Part shown: in pieces, positions 36,894 through 45,613 of the stretch | Layout: each line of letters begins with the position of its first letter | Position numbering within the stretch: position 1 is the first letter of the stretch | Virus record (IMG/VR): IMGVR_UViG_3300006735_004667 | Coordinates: 1 to 55,719 of that record | DNA from: a virus | Taxonomy: Duplodnaviria; Caudoviricetes | Length of the DNA: 55,719 nucleotides | Strand: one strand, 5' to 3' | Program-made: the position numbers and the translations under genes | The notes under the pieces: model-generated | What the model was told of the DNA's origin: nothing | Database searches by the model: none | What the model saw: only the letters and a program-made list of their open reading frames with translations

Positions 36894-37204
36894 ATAGAAT
36901 AATTTATGATGAAACTAATCCTCACCCACATTGGGAGAAAGGTTGGTATTCATTCGCTTACAAATATGAACCTATGACAGACTTTACAGATTTTGATTGT
37001 ATACAAGAAATAACTGTATGGGATAAAACAGATTGTAATATACCTTCACATACTTATGTTCTTAATCGAGCTGGGTATTGTAATGGGTATTTTAAAAACA
37101 ACATTATCACTTTGGATAATTGGTTTCAGTTTGGTAGGTCAAATCAAGGATTTAGTAAATCACATAGAAAATGGAAAAAAGTATCAATAGGAAAATTAGC
37201 TTGA
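36890..37204 (+). CDS. Hypothetical protein
   Basis: ORF; QEIT.W...P.HTY. Confidence 0.6.
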   Translation: MNRIIYDETNPHPHWEKGWYSFAYKYEPMTDFTDFDCIQEITVWDKTDCNIPSHTYVLNRAGYCNGYFKNNIITLDNWFQFGRSNQGFSKSHRKWKKVSIGKLA

Positions 37205-37230
37205 CACCGCTGGTACCCTTTTGTTATACT
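37201..37230 (+). promoter_or_regulatory. Conserved early-type promoter
   Basis: TTGACA-CCGCTGGTACCCTTTTGT-TATACT. Confidence 0.8.
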
Positions 37231-37261
37231 ATGTACATAATAAAAAATAGAGGTATAAAAT

Positions 37262-37666
37262 ATGAAAAACGAAAGTATATTATTTAAACCATGTGTTCCG
37301 GGAACGGTTGGTCATGGTGGTTCTCTCCAAGGAGAGATTCGTGCTTCGTATGCTGAGTTAGTTGAAATGTTTGGCGAACCAGCTTTCGAAGGTATTGGTG
37401 ATAAAATCACAACAGAGTTTGTGATTGACTATGAGTATCATGACGGTATAACCGATGATACTGAATATGGTGGTTTCAGTTTATATGATTGGAGATTCGG
37501 AAGAAATCTTAATGATGATACACAAGAAATCACTTGGAATGTCGGTGGTAGAAAATTCTTGGACGGAGTTGCTGCTAGTCATGCAATGACTATTTTTAAT
37601 AATACAGACATTAGATATGGACAGGATTCGGCTGTTCTATGTCATGCACAATGGCATAAAGTTTAA
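37262..37666 (+). CDS. Conserved phage early protein
   Basis: SLQG.I..SY.ELV..FGEP...DK...E, YDW, WNVGG; SD GAGG. Confidence 0.7.
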   Translation: MKNESILFKPCVPGTVGHGGSLQGEIRASYAELVEMFGEPAFEGIGDKITTEFVIDYEYHDGITDDTEYGGFSLYDWRFGRNLNDDTQEITWNVGGRKFLDGVAASHAMTIFNNTDIRYGQDSAVLCHAQWHKV

Positions 37667-37670
37667 ACAA

Positions 37671-37778
37671 TGAGAGAGGGATTCCCGAGTAGGATTTCGT
37701 AAACTGGGTTTCGTAATGATATATACTGTAGCAAGTGAAATTTCCCTAAGTGTCCTGACTTCCTCTCTCACCCTTTTT
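37671..37778 (+). ncRNA. Candidate structured RNA
   Basis: TGAGAGAGG/CCTCTCTCA closing stem, inner GAGT-AGGA/TCCT-G-ACTT, U-tract. Confidence 0.4.
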
Positions 37779-37799
37779 AATATTTAGTATGGAGAAAAA

Positions 37800-37922
37800 A
37801 TGGAATATTTAATCACACATTTAAAAGAAATGTTATTAGTTATCGGAGCTGCAAGTTTTACAGGACTGTTTTGTTGGGCAATATGGTTTTGTATTTATGG
37901 GGAAGATATAAATAACAAATAG
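37800..37922 (+). CDS. Small membrane peptide, 40 aa (not in ORF track)
   Basis: MEYLITHLKEMLLVIGAASFTGLFCWAIWFCIYGEDINNK; SD GGAG. Confidence 0.55.
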   Translation: MEYLITHLKEMLLVIGAASFTGLFCWAIWFCIYGEDINNK

Positions 37923-37924
37923 TT

Positions 37925-38215
37925 ATGACAAAGTTTGAACAGAAAGAGATAGAAAACTCTAAAAGAATATTTAAGTCAGCAACACCGAAGTATACAATAG
38001 ATTGGTATTTGAAATGGATATCATCTTGTTTTGTATTAGCTTCAATGTCTATAAGAGGTATAGAAGGACTTCAAGATTATGATTTAATATTATCAACCTG
38101 TGGAGTATTCGGTTGGTTGATTGTTTCTTTTATTTGGCAAGACAGAGCATTGATAATAGTCAATGGTGTTGGTCTTATGTTTCTAATTAAAAACTTAATA
38201 ACAAATCTAATATGA
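37925..38215 (+). CDS. Small multi-TM membrane protein
   Basis: DWYLKW, W.DRALI.VN. Confidence 0.7.
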   Translation: MTKFEQKEIENSKRIFKSATPKYTIDWYLKWISSCFVLASMSIRGIEGLQDYDLILSTCGVFGWLIVSFIWQDRALIIVNGVGLMFLIKNLITNLI

Positions 38216-38814
38216 AAAAATATCAAATTTATTTAATACTAGCAACCATTGGTGTTGTTATATATCACGAACATACATTAACTAAAAAAGTAGATGAAAT
38301 ACATGATGTAGTTCTACCTTATATTTTAGATACAGTAAATGACACAAATGATACAGTAAATGAAATCAGTAGAACTATTCACAATACACCATATGATTTA
38401 TCAAATGATTATCATTGTTTAGCTTCAAACATTTATTGGGAGTCGCGTAATCAATCACTTGGTGGTAAAGTAGCTGTAGGTCAGGTTGTTCTTAACAGAG
38501 TTGACAGCGAAGTATTTCCTGATACAATATGTAATGTAGTTAAACAAACAAAATATTATCCTAGTGGTGGTATTGATTTACACGATTGTCAATTCAGTTG
38601 GTATTGTGATGGGAAGTCAGATGTACCTCTAGAGCATGAACAAGTTGTATATGAAGAATCATTCATGATAGCTGTTAATCTTCTGGAGAATCGTCCTATG
38701 GACCTCACAGGTGGTGCTGTTCACTATCATTCAGATAAAGTATATCCTTATTGGGCAGACACTTTAGAAAGAACAACAAGAATTGATAATCATATATTTT
38801 ATAAAAGGAAATAG
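38212..38814 (+). CDS. Cell wall hydrolase (SleB/Hydrolase_2)
   Basis: CLA.NIY.E.R, V..VVLNRV, CQFSWYCDG, I.NHIFY. Confidence 0.9.
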   Translation: MKKYQIYLILATIGVVIYHEHTLTKKVDEIHDVVLPYILDTVNDTNDTVNEISRTIHNTPYDLSNDYHCLASNIYWESRNQSLGGKVAVGQVVLNRVDSEVFPDTICNVVKQTKYYPSGGIDLHDCQFSWYCDGKSDVPLEHEQVVYEESFMIAVNLLENRPMDLTGGAVHYHSDKVYPYWADTLERTTRIDNHIFYKRK

Positions 38815-38817
38815 ATT

Positions 38818-39147
38818 ATGGGTATGATAAATTTAGGTTCATCAATGAGATATGGACCAAATGGTAAAAGAAGAAAAACAAAAGCTTGGACTACTAAGAA
38901 AAGAAAAGTAGCACCACCTCATTTACAAGGTGAGTTAAAACAGAGTCAAACAGAACTAAACAGAATGCAAGCAATAAAAGAACATAGAAATAAATATCCT
39001 TCCTATGAATCAAACAAATATATTCCTACTAGTTATGATGATTCTTATAAAAAAGAAGTATCAGAAAACTATACAGTAGCAATAGGATACAATAAAGGTG
39101 GGTATCAAGTGATACCAAAAAGTGAAATTAAAGACATCGGAAAATAA
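38818..39147 (+). CDS. Conserved basic hypothetical protein
   Basis: YTVAIGYNKGGYQVI motif. Confidence 0.65.
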   Translation: MGMINLGSSMRYGPNGKRRKTKAWTTKKRKVAPPHLQGELKQSQTELNRMQAIKEHRNKYPSYESNKYIPTSYDDSYKKEVSENYTVAIGYNKGGYQVIPKSEIKDIGK

Positions 39148-39166
39148 TAATATTATATATAATTAA

Positions 39167-40303
39167 ATGGCAATAAGAAAAACAAAAAGAAAAACCAAAG
39201 CGTCAAGAATTACTTTAGATGAAATGCACATGGGTTTAGAACCTGGTGTTGATTTTTTTGAAGATAAATCAGTCGGTGCTTTTTACAATTGGTATAATTA
39301 TATGTATGACCGAAAGAAAGTTAATCAGGTCATAATATCTTACGCAAAGAAACATGGTTATAAGAATGCACCTAAATTTTCTAAAATGTTTTTACCACAA
39401 AGCTTTGCAGCTGTCATTCGTGGATTAGAAAATGGTATTAAGTTTCCAGACCATAATGATTATCCTGGTGAAGGTGCAGCAGGTTATCAAAAATATATTC
39501 ATTCAGAATTAAGAAAGTATAATAAGAAAGCAACAGAATTAAAACAAAAAGATTTAAATACTGATATGGTCATTAAGAAGAAAAGACTTTCAGTTCAAGA
39601 AAACATTAATAATAAAGGACAAGAATTATTAGGTGATGTTGATTATGCAATTGATACATGGGATATTATTCCATTTGATATGTATAAGTATTTAAGTGAG
39701 AAAGGTGCTTCCTCTGCTGTAGCTAATTCAATCGTTAATGAATATGATTCTTTAATAGAAGAAATTAAAGAAGCAAGAACAGGTGATTGTAAACAACTTA
39801 AAGAAGCTTACAACCATATGACTAAAAGTGAAAAAGATGATTTCTATAATTTCTTACTTAAAATAAAAACAGATACAGAAAGATATGTTCTAAATAATAA
39901 ACCTGTAAGAAAACCAAGAAAAGCAAAAGCAATCAATGCTACAAAAGTTGTATCAAAATTAAATTTTCTAGAACATGATACAGACAATAAAGTTAAATCA
40001 ATAGACCCAAGTAGAATAGTAGGGTGTAAAGAATTATGGGTATTCAATAGTAAGACAAATGAAATGATTAGGTATGTAGCAGAAGACAGAGGTGGTCTTT
40101 CAGTTAAAGGAACAACAATTCAAAACTTCGATTCTAAAACATCAATGAGTAAGAAACTTGGTGTCAAGACAAAACACTTTATTGACCGTATTTTAGAGGG
40201 TGGTTCAATCGTACTAAATAAGTGTATGAATGAAATAAATTCAAAGTCTAGTGAAGTATCTGGACGAATAAATAATAATATGATATTACTAAAGGTGGAT
40301 TAA
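39167..40303 (+). CDS. Conserved T4-like hypothetical protein
   Basis: SI.P..IVG..ELWVFN, VKGTTI, GRIN...ILLKV. Confidence 0.7.
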   Translation: MAIRKTKRKTKASRITLDEMHMGLEPGVDFFEDKSVGAFYNWYNYMYDRKKVNQVIISYAKKHGYKNAPKFSKMFLPQSFAAVIRGLENGIKFPDHNDYPGEGAAGYQKYIHSELRKYNKKATELKQKDLNTDMVIKKKRLSVQENINNKGQELLGDVDYAIDTWDIIPFDMYKYLSEKGASSAVANSIVNEYDSLIEEIKEARTGDCKQLKEAYNHMTKSEKDDFYNFLLKIKTDTERYVLNNKPVRKPRKAKAINATKVVSKLNFLEHDTDNKVKSIDPSRIVGCKELWVFNSKTNEMIRYVAEDRGGLSVKGTTIQNFDSKTSMSKKLGVKTKHFIDRILEGGSIVLNKCMNEINSKSSEVSGRINNNMILLKVD

Positions 40304-40306
40304 ATT

Positions 40307-40783
40307 ATGGCTATAGATTATAGTAGATTACCGAGTGATGCTTCAACAGTTGAAATCTTAACTGCAGTATCTAAACTCAAAACAAAAAAAGAAAAAATAC
40401 AAATGTTGCAAGCGTTTGAATCAAGAGCAGACTTTATGTATGTATTAAGAGGAGCGTATGCAAAGAACATAGTGTGGTTAATACCAGATGGAGAACTACC
40501 ACCTGGTGTATCATGGAGTAGTGCAGCTTCTATTGATACAGCAGAAGATAGATTAATTAGAGCGTACAGAAATTTGTCGTATCTAGTTAAAGGTGGTCCT
40601 GATGTTAAACAATCTAAAAGAGAAGATATTTATTTAAATATGATTAGGTCGTTTCATGAATCAGAAGCAAAACTTCTTATGTCAATGGTGAGTAAAAAAT
40701 TACCATACAAAGGAATAACTAAAGCATTAATTGCAGAAGCTTTTCCTACAGTTTGGCCAAAAGAAAACAAGTCAGAATCATAA
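40307..40783 (+). CDS. Conserved T4-like hypothetical protein
   Basis: KRE.I...., H..EA.LL, K.LPYKGITK..I.EAFP. Confidence 0.7.
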   Translation: MAIDYSRLPSDASTVEILTAVSKLKTKKEKIQMLQAFESRADFMYVLRGAYAKNIVWLIPDGELPPGVSWSSAASIDTAEDRLIRAYRNLSYLVKGGPDVKQSKREDIYLNMIRSFHESEAKLLMSMVSKKLPYKGITKALIAEAFPTVWPKENKSES

Positions 40784-40791
40784 ATACTTAA

Positions 40792-41088
40792 ATGAGTAAT
40801 AAACTAGGATTAACATTAGAAGAACGAACTGTTTTTTATACTACACCTGAAGGTAAAAGAGTAGGTGAGATAAGACAGTTTGACCCTATAGTAGGACTTT
40901 TAAATATTCATGACCCTATGAAAAATACTCAAATAGAATTTTTATGGGATTCAAGTTCTTCCAAATGGAAGGGTCTTGGAGTCCAATCTGGATATGAAGC
41001 TCTAGTATCACTAGAAACTCCTATCACTAAACAAACGGATAGTGATGTTCCAGATAAAGCAGTAAGTGTGTCAAGATTTCCTTCATAG
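40792..41088 (+). CDS. Hypothetical protein
   Basis: CATAAATA 5 nt upstream. Confidence 0.6.
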   Translation: MSNKLGLTLEERTVFYTTPEGKRVGEIRQFDPIVGLLNIHDPMKNTQIEFLWDSSSSKWKGLGVQSGYEALVSLETPITKQTDSDVPDKAVSVSRFPS

Positions 41089-41108
41089 GATAGACACAAA
41101 AAATTAAC

Positions 41109-41137
41109 TTGACAGAAATCAAGTTATGTAGTAAAAT
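41109..41137 (+). promoter_or_regulatory. sigma70-like promoter TTGACA-17-TAAAAT
   Basis: Near-consensus hexamers. Confidence 0.6.
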
Positions 41138-41235
41138 TAATATATGAATTGAGATTGTGTAAGTCAATCCGCGTTTTAGAGGAGCGTCAATCTCAATTTG
41201 TTTTTAATAAACCATTTATTATGACAGGAGAAAAA

Positions 41236-41463
41236 ATGGAAACTAAAGTAATAACAGTCCAAGATTTAGCCGGTGTGGTTTCAATCATTGATGTATGCTC
41301 TGCAAGAGGTGCATTTAAAGGTGAAGAACTAGCTGGTGTCGGAAGACTGAGAGAATCTTTTCTTGCTGAGGTGAAAGAACAACAACCTGATGCTGTACAA
41401 GCACCAGTGGGTGTAGAAACACCAGTTGTCGAAACAACCGAAGAAGATAACTCTGATTCATAA
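41236..41463 (+). CDS. Hypothetical protein
   Basis: DL....IIDVCS.RGAF.GEEL..VG.L; SD AGGAG. Confidence 0.7.
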   Translation: METKVITVQDLAGVVSIIDVCSARGAFKGEELAGVGRLRESFLAEVKEQQPDAVQAPVGVETPVVETTEEDNSDS

Positions 41464-41474
41464 GCTTATAGATT

Positions 41475-41501
41475 AGAGGGATTAACTTCCCTCTTTCTTT
41501 T
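41475..41501 (+). terminator. Intrinsic terminator
   Basis: AGAGGGA-TTAACT-TCCCTCT-TTCTTTT. Confidence 0.75.
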
Positions 41502-41518
41502 ATTTAACAGACACGAAT

Positions 41519-41728
41519 ATGCCAACAAAATTAAAACCAAGTGTAAAAACACTTAATAGAAAAATAGGTAAGACTACTACTGAACATTTCTATATGAAAA
41601 CTATGTCTAAAGAATCATTATTTGAATACATTAATGACGATAGAAATAAACCTAAGATTAAACAGAAATGTAGAAATGAATTAGCTAGAAGAGGTATCAA
41701 AATAGTAATGGTGCCGAAGGAAGTATAA
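41519..41728 (+). CDS. Conserved small basic protein
   Basis: KPKIKQKCRNELARR. Confidence 0.65.
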   Translation: MPTKLKPSVKTLNRKIGKTTTEHFYMKTMSKESLFEYINDDRNKPKIKQKCRNELARRGIKIVMVPKEV

Positions 41729-42156
41729 TGGTTTACATACCTCTGAAAAATGGTTCTGGACAAGTAGTTAAAGATATTAAACTTAAAAGTCCAGACAATA
41801 AAACTTATACTGTTGTTCGTAATAAAAGAAAAGGTATTAACAGATATGAGATTGAATTAAAAGGTAGTGATGGGTCCACAAAAAAAGTAATGAATCATGA
41901 TATCATGAAAAAGAAATCAGACCCTAAACACGAACCTTGGGAAGTGGTAGGTGGTTTTCATAGTCCTGCTGAACTAGCGAAGATAAACAAATCAGATAAA
42001 GTTGACCCGGATGCTAACAAACCAAGGTCAAAAAGAAAGTCGTTTTGGAAACAAGACAACAAACCAGGAACACATAGTCATAGTCAAAAACAAAGATTAA
42101 TGAAAAAAGAAGAATTTAAAAAATTTAGAGAGTATTTTAAAAATGACAGAGATTAA
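41728..42156 (+). CDS. Hypothetical basic protein
   Basis: ORF. Confidence 0.6.
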   Translation: MVYIPLKNGSGQVVKDIKLKSPDNKTYTVVRNKRKGINRYEIELKGSDGSTKKVMNHDIMKKKSDPKHEPWEVVGGFHSPAELAKINKSDKVDPDANKPRSKRKSFWKQDNKPGTHSHSQKQRLMKKEEFKKFREYFKNDRD

Positions 42157-42559
42157 CGATTTTGGGTTTACCGCTGTAGACCAAGATGAACTAAAAACTA
42201 AGACAGGTGAAGATGCCGGTATTGGTGAAGAAGTAGCAAAGAAGTTAGAACAAGTTGCTAAGTCTTCTGCTGGTCAAGCTAACTCAGCTCAGATAGAAGA
42301 ACTTGATTCTAAAGTTGACTTACTATCTAACCTAATCTCTAAGACATTAGGTGAACTAGACGACCATAAAGATAACTTATCATCTATTGACGATAAAAAA
42401 ACATTAGACTTTAAAGACAGATTAATTGAATGTGAAAAACTCATTCTACCATTATTACAAAACTTAATGAAGAATGAAGATAAAGAATACATCTATTGGC
42501 CAAACAGAAAGGCTATCATACAACAACAAATTGACAGACTACAAAAGATTACAAGATAG
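42143..42559 (+). CDS. Conserved T4-like hypothetical protein
   Basis: DFGFTAVD, I.PLL.NL.KN.DKEYIYWPNR. Confidence 0.75.
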   Translation: MTEINDFGFTAVDQDELKTKTGEDAGIGEEVAKKLEQVAKSSAGQANSAQIEELDSKVDLLSNLISKTLGELDDHKDNLSSIDDKKTLDFKDRLIECEKLILPLLQNLMKNEDKEYIYWPNRKAIIQQQIDRLQKITR

Positions 42560-42560
42560 A

Positions 42561-42590
42561 TTGATACCGCTTGTACACTTTTGATATACT
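42561..42590 (+). promoter_or_regulatory. Conserved early-type promoter
   Basis: TTGATA-CCGCTTGTACACTTTTGA-TATACT. Confidence 0.75.
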
Positions 42591-42599
42591 AGATACACT

Positions 42600-42830
42600 A
42601 TGGAATTAGTAAATATTTTAGAATACGCAATATACATAATAGTATTATTAGGTGCTATGTATCATGCTCACAAGATTGGTGAGAAGTCTGGTTCAATGTA
42701 TATGTTAGAATACTTAAGAACAAATAAATATACCGATGCTAGTGGTACAGATGTTCCTTTTCTAAATGATACAGGATTCAATCGTTTCATGGCTCACATG
42801 AGAAAAGAAAAAATGAAGAAAGAATTATGA
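42600..42830 (+). CDS. Hypothetical membrane protein
   Basis: N-terminal TM. Confidence 0.6.
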   Translation: MELVNILEYAIYIIVLLGAMYHAHKIGEKSGSMYMLEYLRTNKYTDASGTDVPFLNDTGFNRFMAHMRKEKMKKEL

Positions 42831-43234
42831 GTGAATTTATTATCAAAGGTAAAGTTGGTGATGCATTTATCAGAATATCAGCTGATAAAGATGTACAATT
42901 AATATTTGGTGAAGATGATGAATCGTTAATTAGAGAAGTAGGTTGGGATACACATGAAGTTTACAAATGTGCTGTTCAATTTAGTTTGATGATTGATAGT
43001 TATTTAAGAAATGCGAAAGCTTTAGACGACCTCATAGTGACTTCTCCAACAGGAAGTATTCCTGCTGAATTAATGGGTAGAGATTTATTACCTATTCTTT
43101 TATCAGGTGGTGAGAGAAGTGATTTGGAAGTTGAAGATTTTGATTATGAAGAATCAGAATCTAAACCAACATATACTAATAATGTAATAACAGGAAATTT
43201 TAAAAATAAGGATAAAGATAATAAAGACAAGTGA
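42827..43234 (+). CDS. Hypothetical protein
   Basis: ORF; NVITGNF tail. Confidence 0.65.
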   Translation: MSEFIIKGKVGDAFIRISADKDVQLIFGEDDESLIREVGWDTHEVYKCAVQFSLMIDSYLRNAKALDDLIVTSPTGSIPAELMGRDLLPILLSGGERSDLEVEDFDYEESESKPTYTNNVITGNFKNKDKDNKDK

Positions 43235-43292
43235 AGTTTATAATGACAGACTACACCGAGGTAAACCAAGAGGATATTATGACCCATCACCA

Positions 43293-43517
43293 ATGGAAGT
43301 TTTTTTCACAAAGGTAGGTCAAGCGATATTTAAATTTACAGATGATAACCAACACAAAACACAAATGACAGATGAAGATTGGATTTCTCATTGTGATGCA
43401 GCAAACAAATGTGTAAGATTTGGAACACTATATGGTCCAAAGACTATAGATGATTTTAAACCAGAAGAACTAGTAATAGTTAAACGATTTGTAGGACAAA
43501 GAAAAAAATGGATTTAA
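43293..43517 (+). CDS. Hypothetical protein (frame open further upstream)
   Basis: ORF. Confidence 0.6.
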   Translation: MEVFFTKVGQAIFKFTDDNQHKTQMTDEDWISHCDAANKCVRFGTLYGPKTIDDFKPEELVIVKRFVGQRKKWI

Positions 43518-43777
43518 GTACAGAAGTTAAAATTTTACAAGACAACATTCTTGAATTACAAAAACAATTAAATCATGCACATCAAAGAATTGGTGAACTT
43601 GTATCAGAGAAACATACTAGTAATGAAGAAGTTGTTAAACAAAAACAATTTATTCAAGAAATAACTAACGAACTAAAAAGAGTTAATAGTGAAGCTGAAC
43701 AAAAGATTCAAAAAGAAATGGATGATATACCTAGTGTATTAGATTCTAAACCACAAGTATTGAAAGAAGGTGATTGA
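43508..43777 (+). CDS. Coiled-coil protein
   Basis: Heptad-rich. Confidence 0.6.
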   Translation: MDLSTEVKILQDNILELQKQLNHAHQRIGELVSEKHTSNEEVVKQKQFIQEITNELKRVNSEAEQKIQKEMDDIPSVLDSKPQVLKEGD

Positions 43778-44100
43778 TGCCAACTTATGATTTTTTAAAT
43801 ACAGAAACAGATGAAGTAGAAGAACACTTCATGTCTATCTCTGCCAAAACAAAATTTCTAAAAGATAATCCTCACATGAAACAAACATATACTAAAGTTC
43901 CAGGTATAGTATCAGGAACTATATCAGCAGGTAATATTGATAATCATGGGTTTAAAGAAGTATTACAGAAAGTTGGTGAAGCGCATCCGAATGGTGCAGT
44001 AGCAAAAGAACACACTAGAAGAACAGCTAAAGAAGTTAGGACTAGAGAAGTTGTAGAAAAACACGCCGCTATACAAGCAAGGAATAATAAAAATGTTTAA
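43777..44100 (+). CDS. FmdB-like T4-type protein
   Basis: MPTYDF.N..T.EV.E, F.EVL.K....HP. Confidence 0.65.
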   Translation: MPTYDFLNTETDEVEEHFMSISAKTKFLKDNPHMKQTYTKVPGIVSGTISAGNIDNHGFKEVLQKVGEAHPNGAVAKEHTRRTAKEVRTREVVEKHAAIQARNNKNV

Positions 44101-44764
44101 TCATTTAAAAGGGTATGAGTCTGTCACATTACCTACAGAAAACATAAACGGAAAAAGATACTATGTCTCACCAGACGGAAATAAGTATCCGTCAGTCACA
44201 ACAGTCACAGGTATGCATAGTGCTAAATGGGTAGCTAAATGGAGAAAGAATGTCGGTGCAGAAGTTGCTGATAAAATTTCAAGACAAGCTGCAGGTAGAG
44301 GTTCTAGATATCATTACTTACAAGAAGACTTTTTAAACAATATTGACATTACAGAAAAGTTATCTAAAGCAACACCTCTTGATAAAATGATGTTCAACCA
44401 GACAAAAGAATTAACAGAGAAGATTGGAGATATTTACATGCTAGAAGGTTCTTTATATAGCGACGACCTCTGTATGGCAGGTAGAGTTGATTGTATAGCA
44501 GAGTTTGCTGGTAAAGTATCAGTTATTGATTTTAAGACTAGTACAAAAGCAAAGTCGCCAAGTAAGATTAAAAATTATTTCATGCAAGAGACAGCATATG
44601 CTAAAATGTTTGAAGAAAGATATCAAGTACCTGTAGAAAGAATTGTGACTATAGTTTCTGTAGAAGAAACAGGACAAGCTCAGTTATTTGTTGAAAACCC
44701 AGCAAATTGGGTTGACCAATTGCTGAGTCTTCGTAGTCAGTATAAAACTGAATATGGTTTATAG
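44093..44764 (+). CDS. PD-(D/E)XK exonuclease
   Basis: YPSVTTV, RGS.YH, GRVDCI, IDFKTS, YFMQ..AY. Confidence 0.85.
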   Translation: MFNHLKGYESVTLPTENINGKRYYVSPDGNKYPSVTTVTGMHSAKWVAKWRKNVGAEVADKISRQAAGRGSRYHYLQEDFLNNIDITEKLSKATPLDKMMFNQTKELTEKIGDIYMLEGSLYSDDLCMAGRVDCIAEFAGKVSVIDFKTSTKAKSPSKIKNYFMQETAYAKMFEERYQVPVERIVTIVSVEETGQAQLFVENPANWVDQLLSLRSQYKTEYGL

Positions 44765-44799
44765 GAGTAGTGCCTAAGTTATATTATGAATCTGCTTAC

Positions 44800-44931
44800 T
44801 CACATTCCAGATAGCATGATTATGAAAATTGGTGATAGAATACCAAAAACCATAAACATTATCTCAATGAGAGAGGCCGCAGAAGCCTTTACTTCTTCGC
44901 CGTGTCTACTCCATGATTGTTTAACATTCAT
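44800..44931 (-). CDS. Small single-TM peptide, 43 aa (not in ORF track)
   Basis: MNVKQSWSRHGEEVKASAASLIEIMFMVFGILSPIFIIMLSGM; SD GAGGA; minus-strand TATAAATA 44990-44997. Confidence 0.6.
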   Translation of the reverse strand: MNVKQSWSRHGEEVKASAASLIEIMFMVFGILSPIFIIMLSGM

Positions 44932-45036
44932 TGGAGTATCCTCTGTTTATAAATAGTTATATAAATGAAAATCAAATGATTTCCACTTATATTTATAACA
45001 ATGATATCCTTACATTCATCAAATTAATAAAATAAA

Positions 45037-45462
45037 ATGGCTTACAGTAAAGAAGTAGTAGAAAGATTCGAGTCAGTATTAGCAAATCCTGAAAAACATT
45101 CTGTTGGTAGATTCGACCCAAAAGATGATACAGTAATTACCGGTATGGTGGGTGCACCTGCTTGTGGTGATGTAATGAAATTAGATTTAAAAATGAATGG
45201 TGATATTATAGAAGATGTTAAATTCAAAACATATGGTTGTGGTTCAGCAATTGCCTCAAGTACTATGTTTGTAGAAATGTTAAAAGGTAAAACTATTGAA
45301 GAAGCTAAATTAATAAAAGATAAAGATATAGCTGATGCATTACAATTACCACCAATCAAATTACATTGTTCTGTTTTAGCAGAAGATTGTATTAGACAAG
45401 CAGTAGAAAATTGGAAACCTGAACACCCAATGAAAGGACACAACAATCCACCAAATGAGTAA
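45037..45462 (+). CDS. iscU: Fe-S cluster scaffold IscU
   Basis: GAPACGDVM, FKTYGCGSAIASS, LPPIKLHCS. Confidence 0.93.
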   Translation: MAYSKEVVERFESVLANPEKHSVGRFDPKDDTVITGMVGAPACGDVMKLDLKMNGDIIEDVKFKTYGCGSAIASSTMFVEMLKGKTIEEAKLIKDKDIADALQLPPIKLHCSVLAEDCIRQAVENWKPEHPMKGHNNPPNE

Positions 45463-45583
45463 AGCTGCTTTATTATATTGTTTATTTTTAGTATCACATA
45501 ATAACTTTGGTATTGATGAAAGACAATATGGTATACTAAGAGCTTTGAAAGAAACTCATGAAGCAATGACATTAAAAACTTGA
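45455..45583 (+). CDS. Small hypothetical protein, 42 aa (not in ORF track)
   Basis: MSKAALLYCLFLVSHNNFG... fills the gap. Confidence 0.45.
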   Translation: MSKAALLYCLFLVSHNNFGIDERQYGILRALKETHEAMTLKT

Positions 45584-45607
45584 CCTATAGAGATTTCGTA
45601 GTATAAT
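45580..45607 (+). promoter_or_regulatory. sigma70-like promoter TTGACC-16-TATAAT
   Basis: TAG-TATAAT; ATG after a 6-nt gap. Confidence 0.65.
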
Positions 45608-45613
45608 AGATAT

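Noticed and set aside
41149-41235. TTG-started extension of ORF 41149-41463
   Set aside because: Coincides with the leader hairpin; a strong SD supports ATG 41236.
44093-44764. Cas4/CRISPR association
   Set aside because: Ordinary T4-like PD-(D/E)XK exonuclease without the Cas4 Cys cluster; no repeat-spacer array seen anywhere in the window.
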